Assembly: GCA_034422735.1 (NCBI GenBank)
Contig: DAOUJL010000039.1
Span: forward strand, 31,021 to 95,020
Length of the DNA: 64,000 nt
DNA from: Dehalococcoidia bacterium
GTDB lineage: Bacteria; Chloroflexota; Dehalococcoidia; Lucifugimonadales; CATOSD01
Reading direction: 5' to 3'
Shown: piece after piece, positions 49,091-57,936 of the stretch
Layout: every line of letters starts with the position of its first letter
Numbering within the stretch: position 1 is the stretch's first letter
Notes under the pieces: generated by a model
The model's database searches: none
Seen by the model: the letters and a program-made list of their open reading frames with translations, nothing else
What the model was told of the DNA's origin: nothing
Program-made: the position numbers and the translations under genes

Positions 49091-49900
49091 ATGCCTATCA
49101 AAGAGCGCAGGCTCGGCCGCACCGGCCTGGTGCTCCCGGAGCTCGGCCTGGGCGCGATGGACACGCCGCAGGCGGCGGAGGGCGCCGACACCCTCCGCGC
49201 CGCGCTCGACCTGGGCGTCCGTTTCGTCGACACCGCCAGGGATTACCAGGGCAGCGAGTACCTCTTGGGCCAGGTGGTGCGCGAGTGCGGCGCGGACTTC
49301 TGCATCGCGTCCAAGACGTTCAGCCGCACCATCAACGGCAGCCAGGCCGACGTGGACCGGAGCCTGGCCGTGCTCGGTGTACCGAGCGTCTGCCTGTACC
49401 AACTTCACGACGTGTCGACCCCGCGCGACTGGGAGCAGGTGATGGCCCCCGGCGGCGCGCTGGAGGGACTGCGGGTCGCCCAGTTCAGGGGACTGGTCAG
49501 CCACGTCGGCATCTCCTCACACAGCCTGGAGATTGTGGAGAAGGCCATCACCTGCGGCGAGTTCGACACGGTGATGCTGGAGTACTCCGCCTTCTACACC
49601 GAAACCGAAGCCCTGATCGACCTGGCCGCGGAGGCCGGCGTGGGGGTCATCGTCATGCGGCCGCTGGGCGGGTCGGGCCGCATGAGCACCCTGCGCACGC
49701 TGAACGCGCAAGGCGATACCGACCTGACGCCCGAACTGCTGCTGCGCTACGTGCTGTCCAACCCCGGCGTCTCAGTGGCCATACCCGGCGCGCGCTACCC
49801 CGACAGGGTGCGCCGCAACGTCGCCCTGTGCATGGAATACGAGCCTCTCACCGACGCCGAGAAGCGCCGCTGCGAGCGGGCAGCGGAGGCCCTATATTAG
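49091..49900 (+). CDS. Aldo/keto reductase family oxidoreductase
   Basis: RRLGRTGLVLPELGLGAM..FVDTARDYQGSE..GISSHS. Confidence 0.85.
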   Translation: MPIKERRLGRTGLVLPELGLGAMDTPQAAEGADTLRAALDLGVRFVDTARDYQGSEYLLGQVVRECGADFCIASKTFSRTINGSQADVDRSLAVLGVPSVCLYQLHDVSTPRDWEQVMAPGGALEGLRVAQFRGLVSHVGISSHSLEIVEKAITCGEFDTVMLEYSAFYTETEALIDLAAEAGVGVIVMRPLGGSGRMSTLRTLNAQGDTDLTPELLLRYVLSNPGVSVAIPGARYPDRVRRNVALCMEYEPLTDAEKRRCERAAEALY

Positions 49901-50005
49901 GTGCGCTGGCGAGGCGCGCGCAGGCTGTTGCGCGCCGCTCACCCACACACTAGAATATGCCCACGCTGCGCCCGACACACACCGGCGCCGCCGCGAGGTT
50001 CGACG

Positions 50006-50245
50006 ATGCCGATTTACGAGTACACCTGCACAACCTGCGAGCACCGGTTCGAGCGGCTCAGGCCAATGGACCGCATGGACGACGACGCGCCGTGCCCCGA
50101 GTGCGAGGGCGAGGCTGAGCGCAGCCTGTCCGTGTTCGTGTCGTTCTCGTCGTTTGACGAGGGCGGCTTCATGCCCGTCGCCGGCGGGGGTGGCGGATGC
50201 GGTGGGTGCGGCCCGGGCGGCTGCGCCTGCGCGTCCGGCTTCTAA
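50006..50245 (+). CDS. FmdB-family putative regulatory zinc-ribbon protein
   Basis: MPIYEYTCTTCEHRFERL..APCPECEG followed by a Gly/Cys-rich tail. Start trimmed to ATG 50006. Confidence 0.8.
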   Translation: MPIYEYTCTTCEHRFERLRPMDRMDDDAPCPECEGEAERSLSVFVSFSSFDEGGFMPVAGGGGGCGGCGPGGCACASGF

Positions 50246-50257
50246 CCTTCCTAAGTT

Positions 50258-50297
50258 GTCCCTTCCCCCTCGCAAGGGGAAGGTCAGGATGGGGGTG
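50258..50297 (+). repeat. Hairpin repeat between the FmdB-like gene and the selenoprotein gene
   Basis: GTCCCTTCCCCCTCGCAAGGGGAAGGTCAGGATGGGGGTG. Confidence 0.85.
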
Positions 50298-50332
50298 CAT
50301 CGCCCGCCCCCTTCATACGAAAGGAGCACGAT

Positions 50333-50899
50333 ATGACCACCGCAGTCCGAGGCAGCCTTACGCTGGTCGACCCGACGACCCAGCCCATCATCGCCGACTT
50401 CACCGGCGCGCCCAGGCTGAGGGACCTGGCCAACAAGCGGGTCGGCATCATCGATGACAGCAAGGTGAACGCCAGGGAGTTCCTACACACGGTGACGGAG
50501 CTGCTCGACGAGCGCTTCGGAGTCACGGGCGTCAAGTACCACCGCAAGCCCTCCGCGTCCAAGCCCGCCGATCCCGCCGTCATCAGCGAGATGGCAGAGG
50601 AGTGCGACTACGTGCTTGTCGGCATAGGCGATTGAGGGTCCTGCAGCGCGTGCAGTGTGCACGACGGGATCCACGTGGAGAAGGCCGGCACCCCCTCCGT
50701 TACCATTTGCACAGACCTGTTCACCCGAACGGCTGAGGGCATGGCGAGCATGTGGGGAACGCCTGACTATCCCACCATCTTCACCAAACACCCCACCGCC
50801 CCGCTGGACGCCGAGGAGCTGCGGGGAAGAGCCGAAGAGATGCTCGGACAGATAGTGTCCATCCTCACCGGCGTCGATTCCTCCACCGACTACTCCTAG
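50333..50899 (+). CDS. UGSC-motif selenoprotein (in-frame UGA = Sec at 50633..50635)
   Basis: Track ORFs 50333..50635 and 50657..50899 are in the same frame (offset 324 nt) and separated only by TGA. The read-through gives ..YVLVGIGD-U-GSCSACSVHDGIHVEKAG... Hairpins CUGCA-gcgcg-UGCAG and CGUGCA-gug-UGCACG lie 5-28 nt after the UGA. AGGAG SD precedes the ATG. Confidence 0.7.
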
Positions 50900-50927
50900 C
50901 GCTTCAACTCAACGGAGACGGACAGCG

Positions 50928-51593
50928 ATGGACAAGCCGCGGCTGGATCGGGAAGTTATCGCGATGAGGGTCGCGCTCGAACTGCGCGACGGCGACGTCG
51001 TGAACCTGGGCCTCGGCATTCCGACGCTGTGTTCGCAGTTCATCCCCGAGGGGCGCTCGGTGATGTACCACAGCGAGAGCGGCGTGCTCAACTACGGGCC
51101 GATGGCCGAGCCGGGCGAGGAAGACATCGACCTGATCAACGCCGGCGGCCAGTTCCTGGCGATGTCGCCCGGCATGTCGTTCTTCAGTTCGGCGGACGCC
51201 TTCGCCATGATCCGGGGCGGCCACGTGGACGTCGCGGTGCTCGGCGCGCTCCAGGTGTCCGAGCGCGGCGACCTCGCCAACTGGATGCTGCCCGAGCGCG
51301 GCGTGGGAAACGTCGGCGGCGCGATGGATCTCGCCGCCGGCGCCAGGCGCGTCATCGTCGCGATGGAGCACACCGACCGCAACGGCGAGTCCAAGCTGGT
51401 GCGCGAGTGCGCCTATCCGCCCACAGCAATGGAGTGCGTCAGCCTGGTGGTCACCGACATCGCCGTCGTCGAAATCGGCCCCGACGGCGCCATACTCACC
51501 GAGGTCGCCCCAGGCTGGACCGCCGACGAAGTGCTAGCCCAAACCAACGCCCGCCTCACCGTCTCCCCCCACCTCAAGGAGATAACGCTGTAA
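50928..51593 (+). CDS. 3-oxoacid CoA-transferase, subunit B
   Basis: NLGLGIPTL..YHSESGVLNYGP (catalytic Glu)..DLINAGG..FAMIRGGHVDVAVLGALQVSERGDLANWM..GGAMDL. Close to the ScoB/AtoA pattern. No A subunit is present in the window. Confidence 0.88.
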   Translation: MDKPRLDREVIAMRVALELRDGDVVNLGLGIPTLCSQFIPEGRSVMYHSESGVLNYGPMAEPGEEDIDLINAGGQFLAMSPGMSFFSSADAFAMIRGGHVDVAVLGALQVSERGDLANWMLPERGVGNVGGAMDLAAGARRVIVAMEHTDRNGESKLVRECAYPPTAMECVSLVVTDIAVVEIGPDGAILTEVAPGWTADEVLAQTNARLTVSPHLKEITL

Positions 51594-51614
51594 GGGAAGG
51601 GGGCCTCCGATTAG

Positions 51615-51681
51615 CCTCCTCTCCCTTCGATGGGTGAGGATTGAGCGCCTGCCCTGAGCCTGTCGATAGGTGAGGGTGAAG
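51615..51681 (+). repeat. Composite hairpin repeat (long form) upstream of the Fic gene
   Basis: CCTCCTCTCCCttcgatGGGTGAGGAttgagcgcctgccctgagcctgtcgataggtgagggtgaag. Confidence 0.8.
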
Positions 51682-51722
51682 TTGTCCGCAACGCCAAGCG
51701 AGATAATCGGAGGTTCAATCAG

Positions 51723-53231
51723 TTGATAGCTCACGGGTGGCAACCCATAACGCGCCTTGACCCACAGTCCTGCGACGTGGACTTTCAGGAGATAGACTCT
51801 CTTCAATGGCAATGGTTGAGTTTCAGAAGGCAGAGAGAGGAAACGGACCCCGAAGCCTACACCGCATTTCTGGAGCGCGTGTATCGCCATTGGGCGATCG
51901 AGACGGGCATCATCGAAGGCATATATGACATCGACAGGGGAACAACTCAGATTCTGGTGGAAAATGGCCTGTCCGCGGACCTGATTGACCGTTCGGCTAC
52001 AAACCACGATCCCAACGAACTGGTCAAGGTGCTGCAAGACCATAAGGCGTCAGCAGAATTCGTGACCGATTCCATCAGAATCGAAAGACCGCTCTCTAGA
52101 CACTTCATTGTTGAGCTACACCAACTGCTAACTCGTAACCAACGTACCTATAGCGCTGTAGATCAGTTTGGAAGCGTCTTCGAGACTGAATTGCATCCGG
52201 GGGCATTCAAGACGCAGCCCAACAATCCCACGCGGCCAGACGGAGAGATCCACGAATACTGCCCGCCAGAGCAAGTGGCGAGCGAACTAGACAACCTCGT
52301 TGAGTATTACCATAGTACACCAGACTCGCAGACCGGCTATCACCAGTTACTGGTGGCGGCTTGGTTACATCACAGGTTCACACAGATCCACCCATTCCCA
52401 GATGGCAACGGACGGGTGGCACGCGCGCTCCTCACCTGGCATCTGGCAAAAGAGGAGTATCTGCCCGTAGTAGTGTCCAGAGACGATCGCTCGGAGTACA
52501 TCAAGACGCTGGAGTCGGCGGACGCCGGCTGTCTTGATCCGCTTGTCACGTTCATCCTGCGTCTGGAGAGACGAACCATCCTCGAAGCGCTGCGCGAGCC
52601 CGCCCCGGTCGCGGACTCGGGCCTAGTCAGCCAGGTTCTGAGCCACATAGGTGAGCGGGTCAGTCAGCGGCGGGTGGAGAGGCTCAAGGAGCTACGCTCA
52701 GTGAATGCTGTCGCGGCATCCTTACAAGAAACTGCGAGGACTTTCCTGCAGTCTCAAGCCGATTCCATCGGTAACCAGCTTGGCCAAGCCGGGCTGAACG
52801 TCTATTGCCCGGTTGATTCGGGCGGCCCCGGCAACAGGGAGCACTGGTATCACGCTCAGGTGATCCAGACGGCGAAGGACGCGAACCACTGGGCCAACCT
52901 GAACGAAAACAGGTACTTCATCAAGTTGTCCGTCAATCCAGACTACCAGTCGGACATGCCGCGCCTCGTGTTCGTCGTTTCCCTACATCACGTCGGGCGA
53001 CAGTTGACGGGTATAATGGCCGCCACCGCGTTCGCCCAGATAGTCCGGCGCGAGGACTCCAATGACGAAGACTCCGAAGAACCGACTGATCCCGATTTCA
53101 GAAACTGCGCTGTCGAATCCTTCACATTCACGTCGGAAGATAGCGCCGAACGAGTAGCGCCAAGATTCGGAGCCTGGATAGAGGGTTCACTGAGCGTCGC
53201 ACTGCGCCACTGGAGCGAGTTCATATCGTAG
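51723..53231 (+). CDS. Fic-domain protein (class II, N-terminal inhibitory helix) with an uncharacterised C-terminal domain of about 250 aa
   Basis: HPFPDGNGRVARAL is the Fic motif. TGIIEG matches the [ST]xxxE[GN] alpha-inh motif upstream of it. TTG start. G+C is visibly lower than in the neighbours. Confidence 0.85.
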   Translation: MIAHGWQPITRLDPQSCDVDFQEIDSLQWQWLSFRRQREETDPEAYTAFLERVYRHWAIETGIIEGIYDIDRGTTQILVENGLSADLIDRSATNHDPNELVKVLQDHKASAEFVTDSIRIERPLSRHFIVELHQLLTRNQRTYSAVDQFGSVFETELHPGAFKTQPNNPTRPDGEIHEYCPPEQVASELDNLVEYYHSTPDSQTGYHQLLVAAWLHHRFTQIHPFPDGNGRVARALLTWHLAKEEYLPVVVSRDDRSEYIKTLESADAGCLDPLVTFILRLERRTILEALREPAPVADSGLVSQVLSHIGERVSQRRVERLKELRSVNAVAASLQETARTFLQSQADSIGNQLGQAGLNVYCPVDSGGPGNREHWYHAQVIQTAKDANHWANLNENRYFIKLSVNPDYQSDMPRLVFVVSLHHVGRQLTGIMAATAFAQIVRREDSNDEDSEEPTDPDFRNCAVESFTFTSEDSAERVAPRFGAWIEGSLSVALRHWSEFIS

Positions 53232-53246
53232 CTCGCCGCCAGCCCC

Positions 53247-54491
53247 CTACTTGGGCAGATTACACACGTCCAGCGCGGTCAGCGCGAGCACCTTGGCAAC
53301 CTGCTCCATCTCGCTGATGGGCGCATACTCGTCGGGAACGTCCGGCGACTCCTGGGTTCCGGCAGGGCCAATCAGCACACAGGGCACTCCCGCAGCCCAG
53401 AGGTGGCAGCTATCGTTGCCCGTGTATGAGTTCGGCAGCACCACGCCAACGTTCTCAGGCTCCCTATCCGTCACGGCCCGTATCTGGCGGGCCACCGCCT
53501 CCACGATGTACTCGTCGCGCGGCAGGTCGAACGGCTCCATCACCTCCTTGTTGGCCTTGAACACCGGCGGCGCCGGCACCTCGATCTCGTATACGAAGTC
53601 CGGGTCCTCGGCGCCCAGTTCGCTGAGTGCGCGGTCGAGGTCCGCGACGACCGAGTCGGACGTCATGCCCGGCAGGAATCGCACGTCGACCAGCACGGTG
53701 CAGAAGTCGCTAACGAAGTTCGGTCCCTTCAGGTCGTAGTCCCGGCCCATGCCGCCCATGATGACGCCGATGTTCACCAGCGGCAGCGCGGGCAGGTCGG
53801 CCCGGCGCTCGCAAGTGAACTCGACGTCCCGTATGGCAGGGATGGCTTTGCGCATATTCTCGATGGCGTCCACCGAACCTTGCTTACGGCTGGTGTGCCT
53901 GGACTTGCCGATGGTGTGCACCGCTATGTTGACAACGCCCGCGTGCACCGTCATAACGTTCGCCGGGCCGTGCGGCTCCGTGATGACCGCCATGTCCGTG
54001 AGCGGCCCGTGCTCGGCGAGGTACGACGAGCCGACTCCACCCTGCAGCTCTCCGACGACGCACGCCAGCACGAGGTCGCCCTTCAGCCGGACGCCGGAGC
54101 GGCGCACCGACTCGGCGGCCTGCACCATCGACGCGACCCCGGCCTGCATGTTGCGCACGCCCGCCCCGAAGAGGCGGTCGCCCTCCACGCTCGGCTCCCA
54201 AGGGTCGCGCTTCCAGCCGAACGCCAGCGGGTCTATGTCCAGATGCCCGTTGAGCATCAGCGACTTGCCGCCGCCCTCACCCGTGAGCGTGGCGATCGTC
54301 TGGAATCGGCCTGGCTCCACCTCCTGGAGCTGCACCTCGTAACCCCGCGCGCCCAGATAGTCGGCCATGAACCTCGCCAATTCCGTCTCCTCGGTCTTGA
54401 AGCTCGGAATCCTGAGCATCTGCTTGGCAAGCTCCAACATATCCTCTCGGTCGACGGCCGCCAGCACGGCCTGCGTGTCGCTCTGTGTCAA
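53247..54491 (-). CDS. M20 family metallopeptidase (ArgE/DapE/ACY1-like)
   Basis: 414 aa with LMLNGHLDIDP, a GAGVRNMQAG region and VVGELQGG. TTG start with AAGGAGG 6 nt upstream. Confidence 0.85.
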   Translation of the reverse strand: MTQSDTQAVLAAVDREDMLELAKQMLRIPSFKTEETELARFMADYLGARGYEVQLQEVEPGRFQTIATLTGEGGGKSLMLNGHLDIDPLAFGWKRDPWEPSVEGDRLFGAGVRNMQAGVASMVQAAESVRRSGVRLKGDLVLACVVGELQGGVGSSYLAEHGPLTDMAVITEPHGPANVMTVHAGVVNIAVHTIGKSRHTSRKQGSVDAIENMRKAIPAIRDVEFTCERRADLPALPLVNIGVIMGGMGRDYDLKGPNFVSDFCTVLVDVRFLPGMTSDSVVADLDRALSELGAEDPDFVYEIEVPAPPVFKANKEVMEPFDLPRDEYIVEAVARQIRAVTDREPENVGVVLPNSYTGNDSCHLWAAGVPCVLIGPAGTQESPDVPDEYAPISEMEQVAKVLALTALDVCNLPK

Positions 54492-54914
54492 CTCGTTCCT
54501 CCTTCGTGAACCTGTTACAGTTTAGTCGGTCCCCTACATTCGTCCATTCCCGCGAAGTTTGCCCCCGCGAAAGCGGGGAGCGAGAATCCAGGGGCAGGGC
54601 CATTGACACTCCAGCACATCCGTGCTACGCTCCCTTCATCACAAACAACCGGCCACCGACCACCAGCCACCAACGTAACGTAACAGCCGTGACAACAATC
54701 TGTCAGGCAAAATCCCATCCAACCGTAATCCGTTCCATCCGTAACCAGAAACCCAGACCGTCCAGCTACGAAATCGGAGGTGATAAGACAAAAGAAACGA
54801 AACGGGACACTTTTTTCTAGCTGAATTGTCCCACCCGGCAGTTTGGCCGCTGCCACTGCCCGGACGCTACTCCGCTTGGTAGTCCGTCACCCACCCGTAT
54901 CGCCCCTACTGCTG

Positions 54915-54951
54915 GTCCCCTCTCCCTTGATGGGAGAGCGCCAGGGTGAAG
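54915..54951 (+). repeat. Hairpin repeat variant in the 54.5-55.3 kb non-coding region
   Basis: GTCCCCTCTCCCttgatGGGAGAGcgccagggtgaag. Confidence 0.7.
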
Positions 54952-55217
54952 CTAGAACGTGGGTGAGCGAGCGAAAAGCCAGCCCCGACCCGTACCGCGC
55001 ACGCCGCCAGGCCGGCGCGGAGTTCCGGTCCCGGCTCCGCATCACCTTGCCGACGGCGTCCCTGGCCCAATCACGCGGCAGCAGGCCGAGAGGTGCTGCG
55101 CGGTCTGTCCTCGTGGCCACCGCGCGAGCCAGTCCCGGCCCTGCCGCGCCGCCAACCCGTACTCGCTAACCGCGAGCCTTTAACAATTGAATCGCAGGCT
55201 CTTCGAGACCGCCGATA

Positions 55218-55247
55218 TTGACCGTCGGACTTGCCCGGTGCTAGAAT
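55218..55247 (+). promoter_or_regulatory. Sigma70-like promoter (TTGACC-18-TAGAAT, TGn-extended) for tRNA-His
   Basis: TTGACC at 55218..55223 and TGcTAGAAT ending at 55247, 16 nt upstream of the tRNA. Confidence 0.5.
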
Positions 55248-55262
55248 CGCTTCTGCGCAGAT

Positions 55263-55340
55263 GGTGAGCGTGGCCAAGTTGGTTAAGGCGCCAGGTTGTG
55301 GCCCTGGAGATCGAGGGTTCAAATCCCTTCGCTCACCCCA
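55263..55340 (+). tRNA. tRNA-His (anticodon GTG) with encoded G-1 and CCA
   Basis: Hand-folded to 78 nt. G-1 plus GTGAGCG/CGCTCAC acceptor with a C73 discriminator. Anticodon stem CCAGG/CCTGG with loop TTGTGGC. T-arm GAGGGTTCAAATCCCTT. Confidence 0.9.
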
Positions 55341-55396
55341 TCCCATCTGAGGCGCCGCCTTCTCCGCACTCTATCCCGGTAATGGAGGATGCCCGA

Positions 55397-56548
55397 ATGC
55401 CCCACGCTTACGAGGATGTCCTGGTCGTGCGCGACGGCGACGCCAGGGGTAACCGCATGGTGGTCAGACTCACGACGTCGGCGGGTCGCCGCATATTCGC
55501 CATCGGCGTGCCGCAGCCCGACATCGAGGACCGCCTCGGGCCGACCTGGGCCTACCTGTTCGAGTGCGAGGGCATGAACCTCGTCGACGCGGGCGCCCAC
55601 GGCACCCTCGCAGACCTGGCCGACGGCATCGAGACGGCCGGCTACTCGCCCCGCGACGTCGACCGCGTCATTATCACTCACGGCCACTCCGACCACGATG
55701 GCTCGGCCTTCCGGTTCGTGCGCGAGAACGACGCCGAGCTGTGGGCGCACGACGTTTACGCCCGCACGCTGCCCTTCGACGACTGGCGGATACAGCGCGG
55801 CCTGAAAACGCCGCTCGCCGCCCAGATGGACGCTATCAAGTCCCGCAACGGCCGCTCGCGCGAGTCCGACTTCTCATGGCGCACCGAGCCCGGCTACCAC
55901 GAAGCCAAGAAGGCTGCCGAGGTGGACAGGCGGGTGCGCGGCGGAGAGCGTGTGGGAGCCATGACGCTCATGCACACGCCCGGCCACTCCCCCGACGAGC
56001 TGTGCATGGTGCTGGACGACGTAGTCTTCACCGGCGACCACGTGCTGCCGGAGATCACGCCCCATCCCACGTGCAGGGTGCGATTCTCCGTTGAGGTCGA
56101 GCGGGCGCTTTCGCCAGAGTACACCGACGCCGACGCGCTGTACGGCCTCGAGACCTACATCCGGTCCCTCCGCATCGTGGAGGAGCTTGGCCGGCAGGTC
56201 CAGGTGCTGCCCGCCCATCGGCTCTTCAACAAGGGCCGCTTCAACTTCACCGACGTTGGACGGATTGGGGAGATCATCGAGCACCACGCCGAGCGCCTGG
56301 AGATGGCGCTGGACGTCGTGGACGGCGCGGGCGGCACGCTGACCGACGTGACCCGCGCGCTCTTCCCCAGGCAGACGCCGGAGAGTCCCGTCTACCATCT
56401 GGCGCTGACGGAAGCGGTGGCCCACCTGGAGCTGCTGCACGAGTCCGGCGACCTGGATATAACCGGTGACGGCCGGCTGCGCGCCACCGGCTCGCGCAAC
56501 CACCTGCGCATCGTGGGAGAATCGGCCGCGGCCAAGCTCGCAAAGTAA
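55397..56548 (+). CDS. MBL-fold metallo-hydrolase
   Basis: ITHGHSDHDGSA (HxHxDH) and HTPGHSPDE. Start set at ATG 55397 (GGAGG 8 nt upstream). The track ORF starts inside tRNA-His. Confidence 0.82.
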   Translation: MPHAYEDVLVVRDGDARGNRMVVRLTTSAGRRIFAIGVPQPDIEDRLGPTWAYLFECEGMNLVDAGAHGTLADLADGIETAGYSPRDVDRVIITHGHSDHDGSAFRFVRENDAELWAHDVYARTLPFDDWRIQRGLKTPLAAQMDAIKSRNGRSRESDFSWRTEPGYHEAKKAAEVDRRVRGGERVGAMTLMHTPGHSPDELCMVLDDVVFTGDHVLPEITPHPTCRVRFSVEVERALSPEYTDADALYGLETYIRSLRIVEELGRQVQVLPAHRLFNKGRFNFTDVGRIGEIIEHHAERLEMALDVVDGAGGTLTDVTRALFPRQTPESPVYHLALTEAVAHLELLHESGDLDITGDGRLRATGSRNHLRIVGESAAAKLAK

Positions 56549-56555
56549 CCGGCGC

Positions 56556-56631
56556 GCGCCTGTAGCTCAACGGACAGAGCATCGGTCTTCGGAACCGAGG
56601 GTTGGGGGTTCGAATCCCTTCAGGCGCGCCA
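56556..56631 (+). tRNA. tRNA-Arg (anticodon TCG), CCA encoded
   Basis: Hand-folded to 76 nt. Acceptor GCGCCTG/CAGGCGC. D-arm GCTC..GAGC. Anticodon stem TCGGT/ACCGA with loop CTTCGGA. T-loop TTCGAAT. Confidence 0.88.
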
Positions 56632-56638
56632 CCCACTT

Positions 56639-56678
56639 CCACCCTCACCTCAATCCTCTCCCATCGAGGGAGAGGAGG
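56639..56678 (-). repeat. Hairpin repeat variant downstream of tRNA-Arg
   Basis: ccaccctcacctcaatCCTCTCCCatcgaGGGAGAGGagg (inverted orientation). Confidence 0.75.
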
Positions 56679-56712
56679 CCACAAGTCTCTAAGCCTGCCG
56701 GGGGTCGCTACG

Positions 56713-57915
56713 ATGGGAGCGCTGAACGACATAACCGTCCTCGACCTCTCCCGCATACTCGCGGGCCCCTTCTGCACGCAGATGCTGTCCGACCTCGGCG
56801 CCACCGTGTGGAAGGTCGAGTCCCCCTGGGGCGACGACACCCGGCGCTGGGGCCCGCCGTTCGTGGAGGGGGAGAGCGCCTACTACCTGTCCACCAACCG
56901 GGGCAAGAAGAGCGTCGCCGTCAACCTCAAGGACGAGCGGGGGCAGGAACTGGTGCGCGAACTCGCCCGCAAGGCCGACGTGCTGGTCGAGAACTTCAAG
57001 GTCGGGGACCTGGCCCGCTACGGCCTCGACTACGCCAGCTTGTCGAAGTCCAACCCCGGCCTCGTCTACGCGTCGGTGACCGGCTTCGGGCAGACCGGCC
57101 CCCGGGCCTCCGAACCCGGCTACGACGCCGTCCTCCAGGGCATGACCGGCCTGATGAGCGTGACCGGCGCACCCGACGGCCCCCCGATGCGCGTGGGCGT
57201 CGCCGTCGTCGACCTGATGACCGGCCTGACCACCGCCATCGGCGTTCTCAGCGCGCTGCACGAGCGCGCCCGCACCGGACGCGGCAAGCACCTGGACCTG
57301 TCGCTGTTCGACGTGGGCGTGATGGCCATGGTCAACCTGGCCCAGAGCTACCTCGCCGACGGTGTCACCCCGCCCAGGCTAGGCACCGCCCACGCCCAGA
57401 TAGTGCCGTACCAGGCATTCGAGGCGTCGGACGGCTTCTTCATGCTCGCGGTGGGCAACGACGCCCAGTTCGTGAGGATGGCCGAGGCCGTCGGCCTGCC
57501 GGAGCTTGCGCAGGACGACCGGCTCAAGACCAACGCCGGCCGCGTCGCCCACCGCGACGAGGTTGTGGCTGCCCTCAGCGCCGCGTTCGCAGCCTGGCCG
57601 CGCGAGGACCTGCTGCGGACCCTGGAGCGCGCCACCGTGCCCGCGTCGCCCATCTACGACGTCCCCGAGGTGATGCGCGACCCGCAGTCCGACGCCCGGG
57701 GCGTGCTCTGGGACGTGGACCACCCGACGCTGGGGCAGCTCTCGCTCATCGCCAATCCTCTGCGCCACGCCAGCGAGAGTCCCGCAGCGCCCGCGAGTCA
57801 CCCGCCGCTGCTCGGCGAGCACACCGCCGAGACCCTGCGCTCGGCGCTCGGCCTGAGCGAATCGGAGATCGCCGCGCTGGCGGGAGACGGCGTAATCAAC
57901 CTGGGAGCAGAGTAG
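56713..57915 (+). CDS. Family III CoA-transferase (CaiB/BaiF)
   Basis: MGALNDITVLDLSRILAGPFCTQMLSDLGATVWKVE..DVLVENFKVG. Start trimmed to ATG 56713. Confidence 0.88.
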   Translation: MGALNDITVLDLSRILAGPFCTQMLSDLGATVWKVESPWGDDTRRWGPPFVEGESAYYLSTNRGKKSVAVNLKDERGQELVRELARKADVLVENFKVGDLARYGLDYASLSKSNPGLVYASVTGFGQTGPRASEPGYDAVLQGMTGLMSVTGAPDGPPMRVGVAVVDLMTGLTTAIGVLSALHERARTGRGKHLDLSLFDVGVMAMVNLAQSYLADGVTPPRLGTAHAQIVPYQAFEASDGFFMLAVGNDAQFVRMAEAVGLPELAQDDRLKTNAGRVAHRDEVVAALSAAFAAWPREDLLRTLERATVPASPIYDVPEVMRDPQSDARGVLWDVDHPTLGQLSLIANPLRHASESPAAPASHPPLLGEHTAETLRSALGLSESEIAALAGDGVINLGAE

Positions 57916-57936
57916 GGGAGACGTGACCATTCCGAA

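Noticed and set aside
54776-54830. Small peptide gene after the perfect GGAGGTGAT Shine-Dalgarno-like sequence.
   Set aside because: No ATG, GTG or TTG lies 4-12 nt downstream. The only frame starts at the GTG within the motif itself, which leaves no spacing, and encodes 14 aa.
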